From assembly GCA_964016885.1 (NCBI GenBank), contig OZ024740.1, forward strand, positions 310,682,001-310,746,000: DNA of 64,000 nt, given 5' to 3'. The notes beneath the pieces were generated by a model. That model saw nothing but the letters and a program-made list of their open reading frames with translations. It did no database searches and was not told where the DNA came from. Source of the DNA: Eledone cirrhosa (Eukaryota). Shown in pieces: positions 32,824-47,418 of this stretch; position 1 is the stretch's first letter, and every line of letters starts with the position of its first letter. Position numbers and translations under genes: made by a program.

Positions 32824-33306
32824 GATATGTATGTATATATATGTATATGCATATATAAATTTAACGAAGATCGCTGGTATTAATTCAACAGCCTCCGGCC
32901 AGCGTCTAGCGCACTCAATGAATTTGCTGAATTGCAGTAATGAAGTTGCAATCAGCCGTTCAGTGTGCACTCAGTGATCAGCAAGGAAGCCCAAGTCATG
33001 CGATAATTCAATACTTTGTGTGTTAGCCATTGCTTCGGGATATGGAATCCAGTAGTTCTAGTTAAATTTACACCCTGCCTGTAAACGGGAAGGAACTTAT
33101 CGCAGACTAAAACACGTGACTTGGGGGCTGAATTCTAACAAATAAATTCGCGCCAAGTAAAGAACGCAACTAGCCACTCACATATATACTTGTAAACATA
33201 ACCATATTCATGCATATATGTATATATGCAAGCAAAAAATAGCTGATTATTAATACAAAGTCGAACATTGATATATATGTATGTGTGTGTGTGTGTATGT
33301 GTGTAT

Positions 33307-33349
<43 letters not shown>

Positions 33350-33487
33350 TGGCTGTGTTTGTGTGTTTGTGTGTATACGTTTTCTTTACTTTAACACAGC
33401 TGCCACAATGCAGATGAACTATAATATGTTGAGTAAAGTACCCCTGAAAAATGACTACAATGCTTCGCAAACGAAACAATAGACTCA

Positions 33488-34148
<661 letters not shown>

Positions 34149-34149
34149 A

Positions 34150-34543
34150 TGACATCGTATACAAATGTGATGTCATCTTAACCACCGATGATAGCAACAA
34201 CAAAAATACTTACATCGGCATGGCTTCCAATAATTTTAAGACCCTGTGGTATGCCCATACCCACTCTTTCAGAAGACCGGATAAATCTAATCAAACAAAC
34301 GTCGCCTCAGATGTTTGGGACCTCAAAAGGAACTCCACCTCCTTCACGCTTAAATGGAAAATACTCCAGGAAGCGCGCTCATACAAGGAAGGACACAAGT
34401 GCTGCGACCTTTGTATATCAGAGAGCTACGAAATATCATTTGCCAAGGGCCCGCTACTGAACAAACTCTCTGAACACTGCCCGAATTGCATGCACAAAAA
34501 CTTTGCAACTTTCAAATACCTTAAGCCCTTTTTTCTTTTTTAA
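34150..34543 (+). pseudogene. PLE GIY-YIG endonuclease C-terminal fragment (Nematis-like)
   Basis: DIVYKC...TYIGMASNNFK...H..SF...WDLK...LKWKIL...CDLCISE...LLNKLSE...CMHKN. Confidence 0.85.
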
Positions 34544-34828
34544 ACCCACTCGACAAAATACAGCCTCCACCTCCTTCCCACCCTACCCCTACCCTCTCTC
34601 GACCCGAAACACGGTACTATGGTCATGTAAGTGCTTCTTACCTATCTACTCTTTACGCATGTAGAGCGTACTTCACCTTTATACTGTATATATGTGTATA
34701 TTTATGAGTGTATGTTTGTACGTATGTGTATGAGTGGCCGTACGTATATATGAGTGTTTGTGTGTACGTACATTTATATGTATATGCATATATGTGTATG
34801 TATGTGTATGTTTGTGTGTATATATATA

Positions 34829-35650
34829 TGCTCTTCTGCAGGTATCCAGAAATTGGTAAGTTTCACTTCAAAATACTTAAGAAGACTGAGAGAAATGTGT
34901 TGTTGAACGCACATGTGTCGCATCCTCTAGCACGTCCCATACTCGTGTCGCTAAAAATAGCAGCCGGTTTTATGGGACTAAAAATTAGTTCAACGCATGG
35001 AGCCGAGAATATTATATATAGAGTTATAAACTCAAATAGTCTTTTACAATTAAATAGCTCAAAGAAAGGAATATTTCTGAGCCGTGTAATACAAATGAAT
35101 ATATGATAGGGATAAACACTGATACAAGTATACATGTGTTTGCATTGCAAATGACCAAGTTAGCTAGATTGAAAAATAATAATTAAAATAATACGGTTTG
35201 CCTGTCTCGATTTAAAATAATAAATCAATAAAAACAAACCTATATTGACAAATTTTTAGTCCCATAAAACCGGCTGCTATTTTTAGCGACACGAGTATGG
35301 GACGTGCTAGACGCTGCGACACATGTGCGTTCAGCAACACATTTCTCTCAGTCTTCTTAAGTATTTTGAAGTGAAACTTACCAATTTCTGGATACCTGCA
35401 GAAGAGCACAGGAATAGGAAATTTCACTTAATTGTTGCGAAACAAAGTTAAAACTTAAAATTTAAAGTTTGTCCAGGTATCACGGCTATAGCCAATATAG
35501 GTTTGTTTTTATTGATTTATTATTTTAAATCGAGACAGGCAAACCGTATTATTTTAATTAGTATTTTTCAATCTAGCTAACTTGGTCATTTGCAATGCAA
35601 ACACATGTATACTTGTATCAGTGTTTATCCCTATCATATATTCATTTGTA
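34829..35650. mobile_element. Family F: interleaved inverted repeats A-x-B-A'-y-B'
   Basis: A 34829-34986 / A' 35251-35408; B 35090-35247 / B' 35493-35650; x resembles 27835-27908. Confidence 0.9.
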
Positions 35651-35690
35651 TATATATATATATGTTATATATATATATATATATATATAT

Positions 35691-35857
35691 AAAGAAGAAA
35701 TTAAAAGATGGTTAAAAAAATTCCACATTTTATTATGCGCATTTCGAAAACAACATCATCCTGGGACAAAAATTGTGTTCTCATCAGATAAAATAAGGTA
35801 ACATGATATGAGGCGTAAAAACACTTGTGAACAAGAAAGTCTCCAGTCACCTCCTAC
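35691..35857. mobile_element. Diverged family G copy with minus-strand hammerhead (35727-35795)
   Basis: ttttattatgcgcatttc...ttctcatcagataaaata; ends tcacctcctaca, the reverse complement of 31840-31851. Confidence 0.8.
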
Positions 35858-36089
35858 ATATATATATATATATTATAAAGTGAGGTTTTTTTACAAAATG
35901 AAAAATAAGCGAGGTGTCCTACACGAATGAAAGTATAAAGAAAAAAAGATGAAATCGAAAATGTAACTGGATGCTTATTTATAAAAAAATATATATATTT
36001 ATTTGGTTCCTTTACCGGTTTCCGTTGTGTGTGTGCCTGCCTGTGTGTGCGTGCGTGTATGTGTGTGTACGTGTGTAAGTGCGCGCGTG

Positions 36090-36650
36090 TGTGAATGTGT
36101 TTGTCGACACCTGGAATATATATTAAGAGAAACTTCACAATAAGGGGATTCACCCCAACACTTGAATCTGTTGACTGAACCCTTTCTGCCTTTGTCACCC
36201 TTATTTCAGCCTTAAAGAATTAGCTTCTAAATAATTTCCCTTTTCTTTAAACGATTGAACGCCACCCATCCTGTAGACACCTGTCTTACAGGTATTGTTA
36301 GTCTAAGTGATAAACAAGGATTGGTATTCCAATTTTGAACTTCCTTGCTGTATTCTTTCTGCCTTTGTTAATTTTATAGCTTTAAAGAATTAGCTTTTAA
36401 TGAACTCCCTTTTCTTTAATTCCTTCAATCAATGACCCACACCCATCCCAATCCCCACCCTCTCCTAACACCAGATACGGAAAGATATAAATACTATCAT
36501 TTTACTTGGACAGCCAGCTTCCTGGTGATTTCTCACGAATGAAACAGTTCTAGTCCTGTAGAAGCTCTTCTATATTAAAACTGTTATACTCTGCAATGTA
36601 TTGAGTACTTTACTTACTGTGGTTACCTCCGATTCAACCCGCAATAACTT
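36090..36650 (+). mobile_element. Family A pLTR plus tail; hammerhead at 36516-36566 with core mutation CTGGTGA
   Basis: Homology to 6980-7502 and 33614-34148. Confidence 0.85.
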
Positions 36651-36661
36651 ATATATATATA

Positions 36662-36995
36662 TCAGATGGTGGATAGGGGCTACACGAGAATGCTGAGGAT
36701 AGCTCTGAAAATTAATCAGTATACACTGAGGATGAAGAACTCAGAGCTGTACGGGTGTCTCCCAAAAGTAAGCTCGAAAGTAGCACAGAGGAGATTGAGG
36801 TTAGCTGGACATGCTTACCGACATCTAGATTTGACACTGCACTTAGTGTTCCTGTGGGACCCTTGCATGGACACGCTGGAAGAGGAAGACCGAGTTTGAC
36901 ATATGTTGATGCCCTAAGAGCAGACACTGGTCTCTTGGAGACGATGAGGGACAGAGACCGCTGGAGAGAACTCGTCCGTGGATCTCGGGAATTTT
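36662..36995 (+). pseudogene. 3' fragment of a second RTE-type LINE
   Basis: DRGYTRMLRIAL...ELYG.LPKVS..V.QRRLRLAGH...LWDP/HGHAGRGRP...YVDAL..DTG...MRDRDRWR. Confidence 0.85.
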
Positions 36996-37002
36996 ACCCG
37001 TC

Positions 37003-37072
<70 letters not shown>

Positions 37073-37075
<3 letters not shown>

Positions 37076-38110
37076 CGTTTTTTCAACTTGGGTTATGCCT
37101 TTTTATTCGTTCGGACAAAAGCTCGTTGAGGAAGTAAATTCCGGTCCGCTGCTTTCTAGAAGTCTTATATATTTTTATGTGTGCTGATAGAGGGCGGTTT
37201 AAGGATTTACAGAAACCCAAGAAGCTAGATTTACCATCTTTCTAGCGGGTCCGGGTATGCTTTTTACATTCATTTGATTTATTGATTTATTGATTTATTG
37301 ATATTTTATCTGAGTGTCCCGAATCTTCCAGATCGTAATTTTTCGGTCGTATGGTTGATTTTAGACATGTTCTATGTGTGTCGGTATTTTAACGATAGTT
37401 ATAGCTCTGATTTATCTGAATTGTTGAGCCCTCTGCCGCTCATTTCGAATTTTGTTTATCGTGAACTCGTGCGCCGATTTTTCGATACTCGATTATTCTA
37501 CTATATTTAGCTCTAGACTTAGCTATTGACCAGTTAATTTTATTGTTCATTTTTTGTCGATTCTATTAAATGATGAATAGCTCCTGTTTATTTTAACATG
37601 TCTATTGAGCACTCTTATTCGATATGTGTATTTCCACATTTTCCCGAATATTTTTTGCGGATATAGAGGTTATCTCCCTTGCTGAATTCCATGTGCGTTT
37701 TTTCAACTTGGGTTATGCCTTTTTATTCGTTCGGACAAAAGCTCGTTGAGGAAGTAAATTCCGGTCCGCTGCTTTCTAGAATTCTTATATATTTTTATGT
37801 GGGCTGATAGAGGGCGGTTTAAGGATTTACAGAAACCCAAGAAGCTAGATTTACCATCTTTCTAGCGGGTCCGGGTATGCTTTTTACATTCACTTGATTT
37901 ATTGATTTATTGATATTTTATCTGAGTGTCCTGAATCTTCCAGATCGTAATTTTTCGGTCGTATGGTTGATTTTAGACATGTTCTATGTGTGTCGGTATT
38001 TTAACGATAGTTATAGCTCTGATTTATCTGAATTATTGAGCCCTCTGCCGCTCATTTCGAATTTTGTTTATCGTGAACTCGTGCGCCGATTTTTCGATAC
38101 TCGATTATTC

Positions 38111-38118
<8 letters not shown>
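37073..38118. repeat. ~1.7 tandem copies of a 620-bp unit between (TA)n tracts
   Basis: gtgcgttttttcaacttggg at 37073 and 37693; copies nearly identical. Confidence 0.92.
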
Positions 38119-38153
<35 letters not shown>

Positions 38154-38280
38154 AAAGTTATATTTAAATTGTTGGGATACAACAAGTAAATATTTTTATA
38201 ACTGATATAAAGCACTCGACAAATATTTGGAGTAGATATACGATATTAATAAATGGAAACTATATTTATAAAACCATATT

Positions 38281-38345
38281 TATTTCATTATATATATTTC
38301 AAGGATACCAAGTTAAATTATGGTATGCCTTCATCAGACAAAATA
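38281..38345 (-). ncRNA. Type I hammerhead in PLE pLTR (also 40879-40943 minus, 41620-41684 plus)
   Basis: tattttgt-CTGATGA-aggcatacca(taatttaact)tggtatcctt-GAAA-tatat-ATA-atgaaata; palindromic stem III. Confidence 0.85.
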
Positions 38346-39354
38346 CAATATATAACAGTTTTATAAATAGACATTGAATTACCCTTTTAAAAAGTGACCG
38401 TTGCTTTTGGAGGCCATCAGGATAGTGGTTTGTTTACTTTAGTAAGTCATAGTGTTAAGAGTAAGTAAAAAGATGGAGAGAAAGAGAGAAACGTGGAGAA
38501 AAGAAAGGGAGAGATAGATAAAGAAAAAGAAGAAAGCAAAAAGAAAAGAGAACAGAAGAAAATAACGGGGAGATATCAAACTATCAGACAGAGAAAAAAA
38601 CTCTAGAGAGAGATATATAGAGATAGAGAGAGGGGGGAGAGAACGAAAACCTTAAGTTATGTCATATTAAGTTGAGTTAACAATTGAGATGAAATGAATA
38701 AATAAAATATAGATATATAATATGAGAAATTACACATTGTTTAATTATGATTAGATATTTAGTTTAAAAATTGAGATCAATATATTAAAAATTGGAATTT
38801 AAACATTATAAAATATATATATTGCTAGAGAAATTACCTATCGTATATCACGTACACATAGGCAAAGATACATAAATATATATATACACACACACTCGGA
38901 AAATACACATTATATCTACTCCCGCATATAACATATACATACAAAGCATAAGTGATTTTTTATTTATTGCTATACATTCCCTGTGTTATTAATTAAAAAT
39001 TTTTAGTATATATATATAAATATACAGGATTAACTTTCATGCATTTATGGCTGTTAAGTTATGCATATCTGAAATCAAAAACTGCATGTGTAAGCCTGTA
39101 CATTCACACCCATAATTGTTAGCTATACATGAATAGATATGTGTGTGCATCTTCACCCAATTGGTATACACGCGTCACTCATACATATATACAGACAGAC
39201 ATATAATCATAAAAAAAGCATATAACACATGTATATGTATGTCAATACACATATATAGATACATAATCCGTATATAGACATAAGTATACATCAATATATA
39301 ACATAGTACAATTGAGTATATAAAATACAAAAGGATTATATTTTGGAAATATAA

Positions 39355-40700
39355 TTATATCAATATAACTGAAATTCTTGAAATTCGTTCTTGAACAGAG
39401 TTCACTATAATATTTTTAACGGATCTGGGGTGATTAGAGTTAAAATTGACATAATTTAACTTCTCATTTAGTTTGTGAAATGGATAATGAACACATGTGT
39501 TGAGATTTAGTGTTACATCTAGAAAATTGACTATTTTATGGTTATTCTCTATTTCTACTTTTAGATTAAGGTAATTAAAAAATTGTATAATTTGTTTTCT
39601 TTTTCTATTTAGTTCACAGTGATTATTTTCTATAAGTAAAAGCATGTCGTCACGATATAAGCCTCCGGTTACACCTGGTATTTTTCTATGTAGAGAATTA
39701 ATTATAAATAGGTCCGTTACCTGAGCTGAGTCTGAAATCCCATAGTTATGTCGAAATTATTATTTCTATCTGCCCTAGTCCAGAGTTGGTTATTAAATTC
39801 TATTAATGTTTTCCGTGCCGATAATATAATGTGTATTTCATTGCTAGTTAGGTCTGTATGTTTAAATGCGTAAGTTAGTGCCTTATTCAGTAGATTAGGA
39901 GTGATAGATGAATAGTAGTTAGCAATATCCAACTGAATAAACTTATTATTATAGTTATATTTAATTTCTTTAAACCAATCGATAACCTCACTAGTCCCTT
40001 TCCATAATTTTAAGTAAGATAAATTAGGTAAATTCTTAATTTGTTGTATTATTCTGTCTAGAATATGTTTGCTAAGTCTGCCCAGGTCAGATTTAGATGG
40101 TGCAATTAATCTGACTGGTAAATCATTTTCAAAGTTTCTTTTATGATCCTTCATATTGATCTTAGGTTTCCTTGGCATGAAGGGTTGTGTTTTATTTTCA
40201 ATGTCTAGTTCATGAATTATACAAGAGGCATCTGTATTCAGTTTTTCAAGTTCGTCCTTATTTGCTACTTTATATTTCTTCCTTAGTTCCTTCAATATAA
40301 AGTCGTTATAAATGTCCTTTTGTATTCCGTAAAGATTATTAGTTTTGTCCGACTTGACTAGAATTTTCTCCGTTTTCTCCAAGTTTTCAATCTTATCCTT
40401 AATATCTCTTAAGTAATATTGGCCTTTGAAGTTGTTTTTGAATTTGATGCTTTGGATGATAGATACGATATCATTTTCAAAAAACCATTAGTTGTTTGGG
40501 GGGGGGGGGGGATTTTTTTTAGATTTGAAGATTTTATCCAGATTTGAAACATTTTCATTTAGATTAGATTTATCGAAGTGGAAAGCATGCCACCTGATTC
40601 TTCTTATAAAGGAGTCTGATTTTTCTATTAATTGTTTAATAAAATCTTTATTCCTAGGTAGAGGTATGTCTTTTAGAGAAGAGATCTTAAATAATTCCAT
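39355..40700 (-). pseudogene. PLE reverse transcriptase ORF, two frameshifts, endonuclease missing
   Basis: SLKDIPLP...IEKSDSFIRRIRWHA, KSDKTNNLY, KDHK, PVRLIAP, FIQLDIANYYSSI, DITMG, GLYRDD (~39644-39662), VNFLDVTL, SNHP; stops after ISRIS. Confidence 0.93.
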
Positions 40701-41723
40701 TTTTCAGTTATAATATAAAGCGCTCAACAATACAGGAGCAGAGTATATGCAAAAGTTCTATTTAAATTGTTGGGATACAACAAGCAAATATTTTCATAAC
40801 TGATATAAAGCACTCGACAAATATTTGGAGTAGATATACGATATTAATAAATGGAAACTATATTTATAAAACCATATTTATTTCATTATATATATTTCAA
40901 GGATACCAAGTTAAATTATGGTATGCCTTCATCAGACAAAATACAATATATAACAGTTTTATAAATAGACATTGACGTACCCTTTTAAAAAGTGACCGTT
41001 GCTTTTGGAGGCCATCCGGATAGTGGTTTGTTTACTTTAGTAAGTCATAGTGTTAAGAGTAAGTAAAAAGATGGAGAGAGAGAGAAACGTGGAGAAAAGA
41101 AAGGGAGAGATAGATAAAGAAAAGGAAGAAAGCAAAAAGAAAAGAGAACAGAGGAAAATAACGGGGAGATATCAAACTATCAGACAGAGAAAAAACTCAA
41201 GATAGAGATATATAGAGATAGAGAGAGGGGGAGAGAACGAAAACCTTAAGTTATGTCATATTAAGTTGAGTTAACAATTGAGATGAAATGAATAAATAAA
41301 ATTAGAAATATTAATATTCATGAATGGAATATAGATATAACATGAGAAATTAAACATTGTTTAATTATGATTAGATATTTAGTTTAAAAATTGAGATCAA
41401 TATATTAAAAATTGGAATTTAAACATTATAAAATATATATATTGCTAGGGAAATTACCTATCGTATATCACGTAAACATAGGCAAAGATACATAAATATA
41501 TATATACACACACGCTCGGAAAATACACATTATATCTACTCCCGCATTATATCTACTCCCGCAACGGTCACTTTTTAAAAGGGTACGTTAATGTCTATTT
41601 ATAAAACTGTTATATATTGTATTTTGTCTGATGAAGGCATACCATAATTTAACTTGGTATCCTTGAAATATATATAATGAAATAAATATAGTTTTATAAA
41701 TATAGTTTCCATTTATTAATATC

Positions 41724-41786
<63 letters not shown>

Positions 41787-41825
41787 TTTTGCTAGTATTT
41801 CTGTAAAATCATTTTAGATATGGTA

Positions 41826-42714
41826 CAGGGCTTTTTAGTTCTTTGAGGACATGTTATCTAATAACTTTAGTATTTTTCTAACTTTTTCTGATTATCATTT
41901 ATTTTCACATAAAGGATGTCAGTTGTGAGGCTGACTCGGCAAATGAAATTATTCGCTGTTACCGTTGCCAAAAAGACACATTAAAGTCATTTAGAGATTG
42001 ATCACTTCCTGAAAGTTCCACGCTCGTTTTAAGGCACACTAATGCAAGAGTTGAGCTTGAGGACCTTCTATACAAGTCATATATGAAGTGTATACGTTAA
42101 TTCATGTTTGAAAAAACAAATGGTAACCGTCTAATCTGCGCAAAGCACTTGTTGAGCACATTGAATCATCAAGAGCATGGAATGCTTTGGACTTTTCTCT
42201 GATGAGTAAAACTTTGATCAAGACCAAAATGTCAACTAAAGGAATAACCGATGGTTATGCAGACACCCTAAAGTTCCTGTGATATGTGATGGTTTGGGGA
42301 GTCGTAAATAATGTGTCATGCATTATGACTATTCCATTTTTTCCTCATTGCTTAAATGTCAATGCTGCTAACAATAAGGTGGTGTTGGATAAGGGTGTGA
42401 CGCCTTTGATAAGAAGTGTGAGCAGATGAAGACCATACCAACAGGACTCTGTGACATATCATAAGGCAATGACGATCGATGAATGGACGAGTTACCAACT
42501 GCAAGGTCGCATCACCCAAAACATAAATCCTAAATCCATATGAGGCGTACTTTTTCGTGGTGTATACGTCTTTTACTAAATTCATGCAAATATCCCCAAA
42601 GAACTGAACAATCCTGTAGGAAGGAGTTTTAGACAAACTTTAAAACAGAATGAGAGAGTGATTTCTAATACGGTGTATATTGTTTGACGGGTGACCGTTT
42701 TACTGATTGCCCTA
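41826..42714 (+). mobile_element. Degraded Tc1/mariner-superfamily transposon (maT/DD37D-like)
   Basis: Fragmentary translation FSDE*NFDQDQNVN*RNNRWLC, MVWGVV, FFPHCLNVNA, RPY.QDS..H; possible ends TA-caggg...ccctA-TA. Confidence 0.7.
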
Positions 42715-44849
42715 TATAACATTTGCAATTACATTTACTTCGGGTGGTTTTCTGCTAGCATGTGTAATGTGTATATTCATATTATACGCAAGTATATATA
42801 CATGTAGATATGATACGTCAAATAAAATCGTAATTGACAATATACACAGAAATTGAACGAAGACTATGTTACACTGTCTTACGTAATCAGTAACGTATTC
42901 CTTGATACATTAAAAAAGACGATATTATATATGAACTGCATTAGGAGAAAATTAGTGACAGAAAATTAATGTTTATTTAAGCGATCGCCACCGGAAGTGT
43001 TGACATTTGAAAATGTTGAATAAGTGAATCTTTAAATAAATAATAAAATATATTTAATGAACAGCCACGAAATTCAGTAGATAAATTATGTAATATTCAT
43101 TCATTATTTAATGAAAGTAATCCAACTTATTTTACTAATGGGATAAAAAAAGTATAAACCGTACGCAGTCCCGCGCTTCTTACTTTATTATAGTTTAGAT
43201 CTTAAATTCGGTAATCATATATATGTTTCTAAGTTTAATTATTTTAAGTATGTGGTTACTTATCATACATACGTACCTCGTACAATCTCAGCGGGCCTGA
43301 TTTTATTTGGTCTTTCTAATTGCTTCTTATAATCGATATCGTTGTAATTTGGATATTTTATCATATTCATAATTTGATTCTCCAAATAATTTCTTATTGC
43401 AATTATCGAGTTGTGGGCCATTTTCTTTAATTGGATATTAGTATATCAAATATTTTCTATGCTAAATAACAGACTAATTATATTTTAGATATAAAACTAA
43501 TGTATTAAATAGAAACTTTACCAAAATGTGAAGAAACTTTGCTGCAATACCCGGCGTATCGTTATATAGGATTTAATGAAGCATCATTCAAAGATTGAAA
43601 AAAGTCTTATGACAATACCGGAAATAGTGTTATCTACTCTTGCTTTGAGAATTGTGTACTGTAATTTGAAAAAGCCTTATTGACATAGCGGAAGCAGCGT
43701 AATCCAGGATTTAAAGAAAGTTTATTTCAAATAATTGAGTATATATGGTTATCACTAGACTCTAATTTGCTGGCATCCAGCTCAGAACTTTTAAAACTGA
43801 TTTTGTATTTCCAGAATTGTAAAGTGAAGCAGAACTGTTCGTTCCCACCTTAAGGCATGTTCATTTGTAAAATATCATTCAGCTTAAACTGAACGTCAAC
43901 TAACTATTCATTCCTAGAATATGCCATTAATTAATTAGTTTCTTTCGTTAAGCATTAATGCTTCTGATCTTCTGGTATAATTTCGAATTGATGTTTCAAT
44001 TATATCTTAAAAAGGTTGAGCTATATCATGTGAAGAACCTTAGTATCAATTACTAGAGATTTATATTCTGTGAAAAATATCAATATTCATTTCGCTGTTA
44101 AACCACGATTAGAAAGAACATTGAATAATAATTGCTACAATGAAGACATCAAAGATAAAATCTATAATTTGGTTTTGCTTAACACTAGAATGTTTTTCTA
44201 TATCTGATCTTGAATTTTTATATAAGCCCAATGTTTCAGATTTATACCATCGTGAAGCTGTACATATTTTACATAATTTCTGTATTCCTGTATACCATTA
44301 ATATATTGTCTACTATCGACGAGTTATATGAAAAATTCAAAATATATACATTGTGCTGAATTGATACACTATGAAAATTATTCATATATTAGTCCGTATG
44401 ACTTGCAAAGTGTGAAATTAAATTGTTCCTTTCGAAATGTTAATAGTTAGATACAATGACGTTTCTTATAACAATAATCTTCCTTTATAAGAGAAGCATT
44501 ATGGTGCAATTAGACTGTAGTGATATTCGTCCTTATCGAAAGTGTAGTAATGATGGACGAAATGTGACGTAACATTTTCAGTAGATTACCTCACTAATTT
44601 TGGCAATTAAATTAATGGGATTTGACCAACATTTAGATTGATATTTATTGAGAAACGTAGTCACGAAAGAGATTGGGAAAGCTAAGTTTCGGACATAAAG
44701 TGCGAACAAATTGTTTACTTCAGAGGTTAGATAGGGACACAGAAGATGGTGAAAGTGAAATGTGAGAACCATGATAACACACAGTTTCATAATTCAGAGA
44801 AACCTTAACCTCCAATAATTGACATTCCTATTCATATGATATCAACCTA

Positions 44850-45300
44850 CAATCCTCCCTAACTATCTGCACCAAAGCATAATACACATGAAGCCTAAGG
44901 CGATTTACCACTTCTGTAGCAACATCCTCAACAAAGACTTTGAAAATATGATCAATGTAACATCGTCAACTTCTCCACGAAGCTAAAGTAAAACATTACC
45001 GCACTTTACTCTCGTAAACATTAACAACATAAAGCTAGTACACTCAAAGTTATAAATTATCACCATTGCAGCCTCAGCATAGTAAAGATTGAATTGCAAA
45101 GACTGGCTGCTAGAGCCAGAAAATATTTCAACTTTTAACAGCTTACTGCTTCTATACATGTGTGGGAATAAATTACTGTTGGCAAATCTGTGTCAGTGTT
45201 GCTACTACATGGAGCATCACCATAGACCTTGTTTCTTCCAATGGATATGTTCACCAACACTCACCAACTAGTGAGCTACTGACATGATGCTTGTCAAATA
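44850..45300 (+). pseudogene. Possible very old LINE RT 3' relic
   Basis: Weak fragments ILNKDFENM and ARKYFN..LLLLY. Confidence 0.3.
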
Positions 45301-47157
45301 TATTAATTATATTGTTAATAATGTGGCATATTCTGTGGGAAGACCACTGTCACTTTGCAGTTTCTGAGTGAAGAACATCCCTTTCGTTGCATATTTATTG
45401 ACATTCATTAACAATCGCTTACTTGAACTCTATACCCCAAAATTGAAAAATAAATTAGAAGGTAAATACATCGAAGATGAAGATTAGTTTACAATTACAC
45501 ACGCCGTACAATTATAGCTATGGCATAATAACATCTCGATAAATAATCGTTCAACAAGTAATAGAGATTGCCTTTTGCAAAGTTGTGATGAATGACACGA
45601 TAAAACAAATAACTGCTCTTCCGTCTGCATGAAATAAGGAGTATGATAACGGCGTAATTCAAATTGCTCTGGAGCAAAGTTGTGTGAGTAATTGGTCTTG
45701 GACACGTGGCGTAAGAAATCTAATTCTCAAGACCTGAGATCTATTAAGACGATGGATTTACAAATTCTTGTACTATGGGAGGCAACAATTTAAATAATAC
45801 AATGCTGACTTCAATGAGACTTGAACATACAGCACAATGAGCCGGAAGGAATACGGAGGCATTTTATTCTACGTTCACTTCAATTTGCTGTCTAGATTAA
45901 AGACTGACAAATCCGCCCCTTCTTCTGAAATATTTACTAATATCTATATTATCACGAAATATATTTCAGCCAAACCACTATTGAGAAAACAGGACATAGC
46001 TAGCAGCATTATAACCATATTTTCAACATAGTCTCTGAAGAAAAAGCAATCACTCATTCTATAACGACTTACCGAAAAGAAAGCCCGTTAAAAGACAAAT
46101 GCATTAGATACAAAATCCTCACAAAAATACAAATAACACACAAGAAAAATTATGTACCTTCCGTTTTTAACATAATTATTTTATCTAATATAGCTAGAAA
46201 CCTTTTAATATTGATATGCACAAATTTATAACTACAAATATCAATGATCATTTAACAAACATAAAATAAAGAGTAAAGAATAGCTGCATCGAAAATCTTG
46301 TAAAAATAAAAAGACGAATACTGAACCTTAATAGACGAATTGTAGCAACGTAAAATTATGTAAACCTGATGGCAAGAGATTTACCAAATTATAGGTGTAT
46401 ACAGTCAACAAGGAAAATAACTTAGGTTTTGACGAAAGCACATTTCAAAGAGGGTTCAATATAGATCCGCTCGTTTTCGGATATATAGAAAACGAAATAT
46501 CACTTCGCTCTCAATAGATCTGGATTCTGATAGAGAAAGAAATTTTTCGCTATCACCTGATAGATTGCTCAACTGTATTCCTGAGAGTAGAAATGGGACA
46601 TGATGACCGCCGTGGATGAACACACTAAAAGAGCAAAGGAACAGTATTTTCGTAAAGGGGTGCCCCAATGTATGAAAGAAAATACAGATCTGAATTATAT
46701 CCATCAAGTTGAAATCTGATAAGCAAGATATATCCACGGTAACATTATAAACATTCACATGTACACACATACACACTCATACACACACACGCGCGCATAC
46801 GCAAACGTATATATATATATATATATATATATGGGAACAGTTTGTTTTACATATTCACCTTCAATTAATTTTGCTTACAGCACAACTATTATGCACATTT
46901 GAAATGCATTTGACGACAACGCATTAGACTACCATTTGACATTTTGACATTTTAATTCCTTTAATACGTGCAAAACAGGTATGATGACAGGACAATATAG
47001 TGAATTTGTATATGTGAAACCGTTTCTCTTCTTTCTTAATATCGATACTCCGTCGGCTATCGTGTGTGTAATAAATTCTGATGCACATGACATGGGAAGG
47101 CTTATATTTGATTACAGAATATGTAGTTGATTGCTTGGATCAACCAACAGATTATTG

Positions 47158-47358
<201 letters not shown>

Positions 47359-47368
47359 TCCACCCATG

Positions 47369-47418
<50 letters not shown>

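Larger units (their letters stand above)
38151..41728 (-). mobile_element. Penelope-like element: direct pLTRs (38151-38927, 40749-41547), 5' inverted pLTR piece (41561-41728), internal ORF, (TA)n flanks
   Basis: ~780-800-bp direct repeats, inverted segment, three hammerheads, PLE RT motifs. Confidence 0.93.

Noticed and set aside
34829-35650. DIRS-type ITR/ICR structure
   Set aside because: The internal block is complementary to the A-B' junction, not to the joined outer ends, and there is no tyrosine recombinase
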